Positions 51,590 through 61,524 of a stretch of 64,000 nt of DNA are shown one piece after another. Each line of letters starts with the position of its first letter. The stretch's first letter is position 1. Below the pieces are notes generated by a model. The model saw nothing but the letters and a program-made list of their open reading frames with translations, searched no databases and was not told where the DNA came from. The stretch lies in contig NC_058131.1 of assembly GCF_016433145.1 (NCBI RefSeq), forward strand, positions 314,393,388-314,457,387, in the 5' to 3' direction. Made by a program: the position numbers and the translations under genes. Source of the stretch: Gracilinanus agilis. Its lineage: Eukaryota.

Positions 51590-51780
51590 AGTTAGCTAGA
51601 TAAGTCAGTGGTTAGAGAGTCAGGCCTTGAGATGGGACAAACCTGGTCTCAGATAGTTCCTAGCCGTGTGACCGTGGGTAAGTCACTTAATCCCAATTGC
51701 TTAGCCCTTACTGCTCTTCTGCCTTGGAAATGATACGTAGCAGAAATTCTAAGATAGAAGGTAAGGCTTCTAAAAAAATA
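51590..51780 (+). mobile_element. Mdo-type CORE-SINE
   Basis: gttagctagataagtcagtgg...ctaagatagaaggtaaggcttctaaaaaaa. Confidence 0.8.
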
Positions 51781-51864
51781 TTCATCTGTCTTTTCCATTA
51801 TCCACTCTCCCCCACTGAGCAATTAAAAATACCCTTCCCTCAAATCCCTCAATTTTCATATCAA

Positions 51865-52741
51865 TGTGGCGAAATGTAAAGGTTGGACTTAAATAATATG
51901 AAATAACATGGTCACAAGTCAGAAGTTTATTAAAAAACAGAGGGGAAACAATAAAGTAGAGAAATGTGAGAGAAGTTAGAGAAAATACCTATGCTAGTCC
52001 TCAGCCAGGAGGGCTGGTAGTGAGTAACAAGGAGGCCTTCTCCAAGATGGAAGCTAGTCTCTTAGGAAACTAGGAAAGTAGTCAGCCCTTTTCACTAACC
52101 CAAAGAAATAGTCCAGGAGTCAGAATCTAAGTTGAAGCCATGTTCCAAGTTGCAGTCTCCAGTGAAGTTCCCTTGAAGACTATCATCACCAGGAGACACT
52201 CTCCACCAGACTCAACTTCACCAGACTGCCTCTGTCCCAGGATTTCATGGCTTTTATGGTGGTTTCCTGTTCCTGCCCCTCTTCACAGGGGCCACTCACA
52301 GTTTCCAAATTGTCCAGTACTGCCCAGGGGCAGTGTCTGTGGGATTGATTTATTACATCTAAAGGTGTTAACTCTCCTCCTAGAATTCACATGTTTCTGA
52401 GTTGTCATCCACTTTGGATTCACATGTTACTGAGTTATTACCCAGTTAGCACATGGGTTGCAGACTTCCACCTACTTAAGGTTAAGTAGGGGTGTCTTCC
52501 TTTTGGAGTTGCAAACTCCTGTAGTAAGAGTTTCCCTCGCTTTAGGGTTAAGTATAGGTGTATTGCTTTTGTTGATTAAGGAGAGTTAATCCTGTCCTCC
52601 CAATCTAGTGAAGTACTAAGTAGGGGTATTTATTTATTCTTAACCAAAGTTTTAACTCCAACTAGGCAAAGAGAATAAAGGATTCCCTTTTCACAAGTGT
52701 AAAATTCAGAATAGACAAAGAGAACCAAGAATTTCCTTTCA
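51865..52741 (-). mobile_element. Solo ERV LTR, about 875 bp
   Basis: On the minus strand it starts TGAAAGG, has AATAAA near the 3' end and ends cgccaCA. TSD not evident. Confidence 0.65.
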
Positions 52742-52889
52742 TACTACTTTTAAGGAATTTAGATGCTATTGGATGGATGGATGTATACAAACATCTCTCT
52801 TCACATACTAACATATATAAAAGTATATATAAAAATAAAAAATATGAGTATATAACTATATTTAGAACAAATATAAAATAACTATTAAG

Positions 52890-53960
52890 TTGTTAAATAC
52901 AGGGTTGTTAGGGAGGACACTAATAGTTAGGAGCATTAGAAAATGCTCCATTTAGAAGATAATACTTGAGTTGCAACTTGAAAGAAGAGATTCTTTGAGA
53001 TAGAAACAGGAAGGAGGGTGTACCAAGTCTGGGGGATAGCTATCACGAAGGCAAAGCTGTAAGTAAGGAACAAAAAGAAGGTCAGTTTGATTGGATTTAA
53101 TAACATAATGAGGCTAGAAAGGAGGTTGATTCCAAGTTTATAAAGAGCTTTAAAAGTCAAACAGAGGAGTTTGAATTTTATTCTACAGACAACAGAGAGC
53201 CATTGGAATTTATTGAGATGAGGAAATGTTCAGATGCAATTTATAGCTGGATGGATTCAGATATAGGAAGACCAAGCAGCAGGCCATTGCCATAATCTGA
53301 GAGGTGATAGGAGACTGAATTGAGGTAGAGACTGTGCAAGGAGGGAGAAAGGGTGAAAGGTAAGAGATATTGTATAGGTAGAAATGACGAAATTTGTCAA
53401 CAGGTTGAATATGTGGGAGGAAGAAGAATGACACATTGAGGATAAGGCCAAGGATCTGGGATACCAGAAGAATGATGGTACCTTCAAAGAGAAGTCTGGA
53501 AGATAGGTGGGTTTTGGGGAAAGATAATGAGTTCTATTTTGGATATGTTGCATTTGAGCTGCGTATGGGCTATCTAGTTTGAAATAAATTCAATAAGCAG
53601 TTGGTAATGTGGAACTGAAACTCAGGGGAAAAAAAGGGAATAGAGATTTGTGAGTCATCTACATAAAGATGACAATTAGTGAGAGAAATAATTTCCCCAA
53701 GAAAGGAATACAAAGGAAAGAAGAGGACCCAAGATAGAATTTGGGGGGAAATGCCTACAGTTGGGGAAAGGCAATAGAGATATGGATAATAAGCCAGCAA
53801 AGGAGATTGAGGAAAATTCAGACAAGTTAGGAGGAGAACCATAGACAGTAGTTTACTGAAAATCTATAGAAAGAGAGTAATTATAAGGAGAGTAGTCAAC
53901 AGTATCAAATGGAGTAGAGAGATAAAAAAAGATCAGGTTTGAGAAAAGGCAATTAGATTT
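52890..53960 (-). mobile_element. L2 LINE, about 1 kb
   Basis: gagttctattttggatatgttgcatttgag...gatttgtgagtcatctacataaagatg. Confidence 0.85.
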
Positions 53961-54280
53961 GGATCAATGATTTATAATTGGAAGGGATGTTAGAGGCCAT
54001 CAAGTCCATCTCCCACATTGTAAAGATGAGGAAACTGAGGCATAGAGAGGTTAGATAAGTTTTCCAATCACAGAGCTAGGTACTATAGTGGGATTTGAAC
54101 CCAGACCTTCTTGACTTCAGCTTGAGGGCCCAATCCACTCTACCATGCTGCTACTTTTTCCATTAATCATCTTGACTTTTTTTACTGATGGCTGCTGGAA
54201 GTTAATTATGAAAAATGTACTACATCTTTGAAAAATGTTATATGGGTGTGAATTTGGGCTTGTTATATATGTATACAAGT

Positions 54281-54284
<4 letters not shown>

Positions 54285-54318
<34 letters not shown>
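54285..54318. repeat. (AT)n microsatellite
   Basis: Read directly from the sequence. Confidence 0.95.
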
Positions 54319-54322
<4 letters not shown>

Positions 54323-54983
54323 GGAAAATATGTTATGACTGGATCTTCTATTAGGAGCTCTTTAATTTCTTCTTAAAATGTGTAATAGGTATATAATACC
54401 CCAACTTCTTTTACTTATGTCAGATGTTATCATGCGCCGTCCAGTAAAATCATCTTCAAGTCTCTCACTATGGCGATGAGGCACGGAAGTCTCCAAATCC
54501 TTTCTCCAAGCTAGAAAGCTTTAGGTATTAAATGGCACTGGGCTTGGTTTCTGTCATTTAAGGAAATTGGACTAGCTAAATTTACAAAGACTCACCATTA
54601 AAGATTGAAAGAGATGATCTTTTTTGGCTTCAGAAGCTCAGAGAGAAGCAACTGCTAAGGAAAGAGCCATGGATCTGGGGTCAGACCTAGATCTAGTTCC
54701 TGAGTCTGCTACTGGCTACCTTTGTGACTTCTTTGGGCCTGAGTCTCCTCAGCCATAAAATGAGGGGGTTTTAAACTAGATGACCTCTAGAGTCCCTTTA
54801 GCTCTAAATCTATGATGCTACTAAAACATGCTGAGGCTATGGGCTGCATTAGTAAATCACAGCTGGCTGGCTGACACCTCTGGAACTCTCTCCTTCCTCA
54901 TCTTTGCCTCAGCCTCCTCACTTTCCTGGTTTTCTTCAAGCCTCATCTAAGGTTCCATCTTTTGCAAAAAGCCTTTCCCAGGA

Positions 54984-55164
54984 ACAGCTAGGTGGTACAA
55001 TGGGTGGAGCACCAGGCCTGGAGTCAGGAGGACCTGGGTTCAAATCTAGCCTCAAAGACTTCCTATCTGTATGACTGTGCAAGTTATTTAAACCCATTTG
55101 CCTAACCCTGACCTTTCTATCTTAGATTTGTAATTAAGACAGAAAATAAAAGTTAAAAAAAAAA
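54984..55164 (+). mobile_element. CORE-SINE nested in L2, with 18-bp TSD
   Basis: TSD aaaaagcctttcccagga at 54966-54983 and 55160-55177. Confidence 0.9.
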
Positions 55165-56472
55165 GCCTTTCCCAGGATTCCCTAATCTTCATGCCTTCCC
55201 TCTGAGATATTTCTGTTTTATTATATATGTGTATATATATACATATATACACACACACATACACATATATAAATGTTTTTTCTACATAGATGTAGAGATT
55301 CTTGAGAGAAAAAGGCATTTTTTAAAATTTATTGGCCTTTAGTTATACCCCTGGTGCTTAGCATAAAACCAGAGACACATTAGATTTTTTTTAAGTCCAT
55401 CGTGTTATTTTCTTGGTGTAGAGAACTCTGAATGAATAAATCCATTCTACCAATAAAAATATTTCTAACATTCTATAACTTCTAGTCTTAGAGAGTTGTT
55501 TTGGGGCATTGAGAGGTTCAGTGTCTTGCCTAGTGTTACACTTAGTATTTGTTGCAGGTGGAACTCAGATGCAGGTCTTCCTAACTCAAAAGTGTAGCTG
55601 TCTGTCCACTACACTCATGTAGTCATATACATTGTACAAACATTTACAAAAAATATGCCTACAACTATATAGATGCATGTCGTGAAGGATTTTTTAGAAG
55701 TAGTAGCGAGTCTCATTGCATGGACCAAAGTGGTTCTAATCTTTCTCTAGCCTTCTGTTTGTCATTGTCCATCTGTCTTTAGACCAATAGCTCTTGAGAA
55801 CAAACAATGGACATATTGTTTCTCATAATAACTTTCTGAAAGCAAAACTAATGTGATTACTGACTTCCCCCATGAAAGGAAGCTGGTTTGCATTAATTTA
55901 AAATTTTGTAAAATATTAAAAGTTGTTTTCCATCTTTTCTGGGAGAGCAGACATTTTATAAAAATTAATTTCGTACTGTTGGCTCTAAACTCCATTATGC
56001 CAGCCCAATACCAGACAGTTATTTAATAATCTTGCCTAGGAAGACTGCTGTTTTTCCAGAAGAGAACTGACAGCAGAAGATTTGTTTGTGATTAAATACT
56101 CAGTGGCCTGCCATGCACAAAAAGAAAAATTGCCAGATCGGGCAAAGAAAAGAAGAATCAGAAGACAAGGCACCAAATAAGTGCCATTAAAACATTTGGG
56201 TAGAAGAATAACCAGAGAGATGTTTCCTGGCAAAATCAATGGCAAAAAAATACAATAAGTATGAAGTGCCAAGTATAAAGTGCAGACGGAGAGAAAAAAA
56301 AAAAAAAACCAAGCTACTTATCTGTGGCTAACTGTTCTTTTCTAAGCTCATCTGGTCTCTGGAAAATAATAATCAAGGACAAGTATCATATCTGTGTGAG
56401 ACATCTGAGAAGTAACAGTGCACATTGAAAGAAATTTAAGGTCTGCCAAGTTCTAAACATATATTATCTAAT

Positions 56473-56630
56473 CAGGGGTTCTTACCTTGGGGTCTATAAG
56501 CTTGTTTTAAAAAATTTTTTAAACTGTATTTCAGGGTAATTGGTTTCCTTTGTTATCCTATGTATTTTCTTTTAAGCATTTAAAACTATTCTGAGGAGTC
56601 CATAGACTTAGAAGACTCCTCAAAAGGGGG
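56473..56630 (-). mobile_element. Third copy of the hAT MITE family at 44.9/45.2 kb, opposite orientation
   Basis: caggggttcttaccttggggtc...taattggtttcctttgttatcctatgtatttt. Confidence 0.75.
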
Positions 56631-57637
56631 TGAGGATCCCCCAACCCCCCCCCCCCCCCCCGCCAAAGTTAAGCCTTATTCTCATTTGATCCTTTCAATA
56701 GCCCTGGGAAATAAGCACTACAGAAATTATTTTTTAAAGATGAAGAAATTGCCACTCAGAGAAATAAGTGGCCTACTCGAAGTAATATAGGTAGTAAATA
56801 TCAAAGGTGAGTTTAGATTGTGAGCTTTTCAAGGGCTTAGCATAGTGCCCGGCACATAAAAGAGGCAATTAATGAGTGTTTATTGATTGATTTGATTTTA
56901 ATATGTTTCAATAAAACATGTTGTCAGTGAAAAGTCAATTGTCTGTGTATTAGGAATGAGCTTGTTTGACAGGAGACTTCCCACCTCTCAGGATTGGGGT
57001 CTCTCAAGCTTATGGATGATTTACTTTTTAAAAATATTGAGGTAATGTTTCATTTGTTAGATCACTACTAAATCCAAGATCAGCCTCTGTTGTACCACAA
57101 GGAATCCTGGGACCTCACGTGGTGCATTGGGGAGGTGGGTAAAGAGTTTGTAGGATGAGATGCTGATGGATCATGGTAATACTGTAGCCTGTAGGAAAGC
57201 CTATCAAAATACATCACATACTCCCATGAATTTTTTTCTAGTGTAAGCAATATGTGTCTTGTCTTATACAATATGACCAACAGGGAAACAACTATTATAT
57301 GATAATATATGTGCAGCCTATGTACAAACCTGCCTTCTTGGGGAGAAGGGGAAGCCTGAAGGGGGGGAATTTTCCTAAAGTTTATTGTTGAATTAGGACA
57401 ATTTTGAAAAGAATTAGGGTTAATGGTAATCATGTCAAAAAAAGAAAGAAAAGAGCATTGATGAATCCTTTAAAAATACAAGAGAATAAAAGAAAATGCA
57501 GAATGGAAAAATGCAGACAAGCAAAGCAGTGTTGGGACTTCCATGTTAAATATGAAATATATAGGTTTTAAAAGCCATTAAAAACAAACGCGACATACAT
57601 ACGTTGATGTAAAACAGAAGGCTAGTGACTTGGGTGT

Positions 57638-57652
57638 AGCACCATCTGGTGG
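57638..57652 (-). promoter_or_regulatory. Strong candidate CTCF site
   Basis: Minus strand ccaccagatggtgct versus consensus CCACCAGRKGGCRCY: one mismatch, a common variant. Confidence 0.65.
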
Positions 57653-57899
57653 AAAAATTATATATTACACTCCCTTGCTGGTTTAATGAATCAAAAAAGT
57701 GACAGCCTCTTTTTCTGTTTTATTACAGAAAGCAGAACGTGAACCAGTGTGGGATGCTAATGTTACTGTACCGGCTCTAGTGTTCCCTGAGAAATCCACT
57801 AAATAAACATGAAGCCTGCATCACTGATGCATGTGAAGTCTAGGGAATCCCGTGGTATCATTTCCTAGATGAAAGGAAAATTTGGAAGCCTAGAAAAAT

Positions 57900-58203
57900 A
57901 GGCTTCTTTTTTTGGTCCCCCTTTTTCCACATTATTCTCTGTCCCTGGACTAGCCTACCCTCCCTCTGTCTTTTCTTCTCTTAAATGCCTATATATCCTT
58001 TAGAACTCAACCCAAATGGCATCTCTTCCAGGAAGCCTTGCCTGATTTTTCGGGAGAGTAATGATCTTCCCTCTTGTATATATTCTTATGTTTGAATATA
58101 TCCAATATACTTATCATATATACTAGGTATATATGTGTTTTTACCCCCAGCTAAACTCTAAATTCCAAGAGGGTAGGAAATGTGCTTATCTAAATTTAGT
58201 CTG

Positions 58204-58250
<47 letters not shown>

Positions 58251-58320
58251 CCAAGCACAGTGTGCTGCACCCAGTAGATGGTTGATAAATGTTTGCTAAA
58301 TGATTTGAATAAATGATGAC
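57900..58320 (+). mobile_element. L2 3' end with a (CA)22 microsatellite at 58205-58248
   Basis: atggcatctcttccaggaagccttgcc...ccaagcacagtgtgctgcacccagtagatggttgataaatg. Confidence 0.85.
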
Positions 58321-61255
58321 CAGAATGCAAACTAACCTCAGTCTTAAGCCTTTCAAAGATAGTATTACTATTGTACTGAAGAAATGCAGTTCTGGGATAG
58401 AATTAAATCCTTTAACTTGAATTCATTTAATTTTTATTAAGCATTACTGCAGTTCTTTCTGAAATCACCCTGTTTATCAGTCTTTATAGCACAATAGTAT
58501 TCCAGCACCATCATACACCACAATTTGTTCAGCTATTTGGAACATCCCTTTAGTTTCCAATTCTTTGACACCACAAAGAGAACAGCTATAAATATTTTTA
58601 TATAGACAGGTCCTTTTCCATGAAAAAAAAAATCTCTTTGGGATACAGACTTAGAAGTGGTTTATTGGATCAAAGGGCAGGCATTCTTTTGTAGCCCTTT
58701 GAGCAGGATTCCAAATTGCCTTCCAGAATGGTTGGATCTGTTCATAACTCCACTAGCAGTACACTAGTGTCCCAATTTTGCCACATCCCCTCCAACATTT
58801 ATCATTTTCCTTCACCGTCATATCTGATATCTGGCCAGTCTGATAGGTGAGAGGTAGTACTTTAGAGTTGTTCTAATTTGCATTTCTCAAATCAAGAATG
58901 ATTTATTAAAAAAAGAATGATTTAGAATATTATTTCATATGATTGATAGCTTTAATTTCTTCATCTGAAAACTGCCTATTTATATCCTTTGACCATTTAT
59001 CAATTGGGGAATGACTTGAATTCTTATAAAGTGACTTAGTTCCTTATATAGTTGAGAAATGAGACCTTTATCAGAAAAATTTGTTAGAAAATTTTTTCTC
59101 AGCTTGTTGCTTCCCTTCTAATCTTGGTTGCATTGGTTTTCTTTGTACAAAACCTTTTAAATTTAATATAATCAAAATTACTCATTTTATATCTTGTAAT
59201 ATTCTTTGTCTCATTTGCTAATAAATTCTTCCCTCCTCCATAGATCTGACAGGTAAACTATTCTATGTTCCCTTAATTTACTTACAATATCACTCTTTAT
59301 GTTTAAATCATATACCCATTTTGACCTTATCTTGGTATACAGTATGAGATATTGATCTAAAATTAATTTTTTTGCCATACTGTTTTCTAATTTTCTCAGC
59401 AGTTTTTGTCAAAAAGTGAGTCCTTATCCCCAAAGCTGGGGTCTTTGGGTTTACTAAATACTAGGTTGCTGAGGTTATTTACCTCTAGTCTATTTCATTG
59501 ATCCACTCTTCTATTTCTTAGCCAGTACCAGATTATTTTGATGATCACTGCTTTATAGTACAGTTTAAGATCTGGTACTGCTAGGCCACCATTCCTCACA
59601 TTTTGTTTCATTCGTTCCTTTGATATTCTTGACCTTTTGTTTTTTTCAGATGAATTTTATTATTTTTTCTAGTTCTATGAAATAGTTTTTGGTAGTTTGA
59701 TAGGTATGCCACTGAATAAGTAAATTAATTTAGTGAGGATTGTTATTTTTATTATATTAGCTTGGTCTACCCATGAGCAGTTTCTGTTTTTCCAATTGTT
59801 TAGCTCTAACTTTATTTGTGTAAAAAGTATTTCATAATTCTGTTTATATAACTCCTGTATTTGTCTTGGCAAATGTATTCCCAGGTGTTTTATATTGTCT
59901 AGAGTGATTTTTAATGGAATTTATCTTTCTCACTCTTGAACAAGCCATCAATGAACTTTCTAAGAAGAAATCCCCAGGGCCAGATGGATTCACAAGTGAA
60001 TTTTATATAAAATTTAAAGAGCAAGTAACTCCAAAACTATACAAACTATTTGGCAAAATAAGCAAAGAAGTAATCCTATTAAATTCTTTTTGTGACAAAA
60101 ATATGGTGCAGATACCTCAACCAGGAAGACCAAAAACAGAGAAAGAAGATTAAAGACCAATTTTCTTAATGAACATTGATACAAAAATCTTAAATAAAAT
60201 ACTAACAAAGAGACTGCAGCAATATATCACAAGGATTATTCATTAAGACCAGGTGGGCTTTGTACCAGGAACACAAAGCTGTTTTAATATTAGGAAAACT
60301 ATCAGTATAATAGACCATATCAATAATAAAACTTACAGAAATCAAATTATTATATGGTCTATTATGCTAATTTTTTCTTAGAGAGTTCACTGATGGCTTG
60401 TTCAATTTCTTTTTCTGAGATGGGATTATTTGAGTATTCTACTTCCTCATTTGCTAATCTAGGCAATTTTTTTTGGAAAATATTCATCCATTTCATCTAG
60501 CTTATCAGATTTATTGTCACATAATTGGGCAAAATAGCTCCTAGTGATTGCTGTAATTTCTTCTACATTGGAGATGAAATCAAACTTTTCATGTTTGGTA
60601 CTGGTAATTTGATTCTTTTCTTTCCTTTTTAAAATCAAATTAACCAAAACTCTTCCTATTTAATTTGTTCCACCCTTCCCCTAGAACCAATATTTAGTCT
60701 TATTTATTAGTTCAAAAGTCTTTTAATTTTCAATTTTATCAATTTCTCCTTTGATTTTTAGACTTTCCAACTTAGTCTTTAATTGGGAATTTTTAATGAG
60801 GTATTTTTCTATTTTTTTTAAACTGTATGCCCAATTCATCTGCTTTTTCTCTATTTTACTGACATAAGCATTCAGGGATATACATTTTCCCTGAGCATTG
60901 CATTGGCTCCATAAATTTTGTTATGTTGTCTCCTCATTGTCATTCTCTTTGATGAAATCAGTGATTGTTTCTATGATTGTTCTTTGATCCACCCGTTTTG
61001 AAGAATTAGATTGTTTAGTTCCAAATTAATTTTTAATTTGCCCTTCCATGAACCTGTATTGATTATAATTTTTATTGTATTATGATCTGAAAAAAATTAT
61101 ATTTATTACATCTGCTTTTCTTTATTTGGGTGTGAAGTTTTTATGCCCATGGTAAAATTTTGTATATATACTATGTGTTGCTAAAAAAGGTCTATTCCTT
61201 TTTATTTCTATTCAATCAATATCAATTAAATTTACATTTTCTAAAATTTCACTCA

Positions 61256-61310
61256 CTTCCTTCCTTCCTTCCTTCCTTCCTTCCTTCCTTCCTTCCTTCC
61301 TTCCTTCCTT
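61256..61310. repeat. (TTCC)n microsatellite abutting the gap
   Basis: Read directly from the sequence. Confidence 0.95.
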
Positions 61311-61524
61311 NNNNNNNNNNNNNNNNNNNNNNNNNNNNNNNNNNNNNNNNNNNNNNNNNNNNNNNNNNNNNNNNNNNNNNNNNNNNNNNNNNNNNNNNNN
61401 NNNNNNNNNNNNNNNNNNNNNNNNNNNNNNNNNNNNNNNNNNNNNNNNNNNNNNNNNNNNNNNNNNNNNNNNNNNNNNNNNNNNNNNNNNNNNNNNNNNN
61501 NNNNNNNNNNNNNNNNNNNNNNNN
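61311..61524. other. Assembly gap (214 N)
   Basis: Run of N. Confidence 1.

Noticed and set aside
54430-54510. Frame LGERIWRLP resembling the M17 aminopeptidase GE-x-WRLP motif
   Set aside because: Only about 7 residues match, with no flanking similarity; probably chance.
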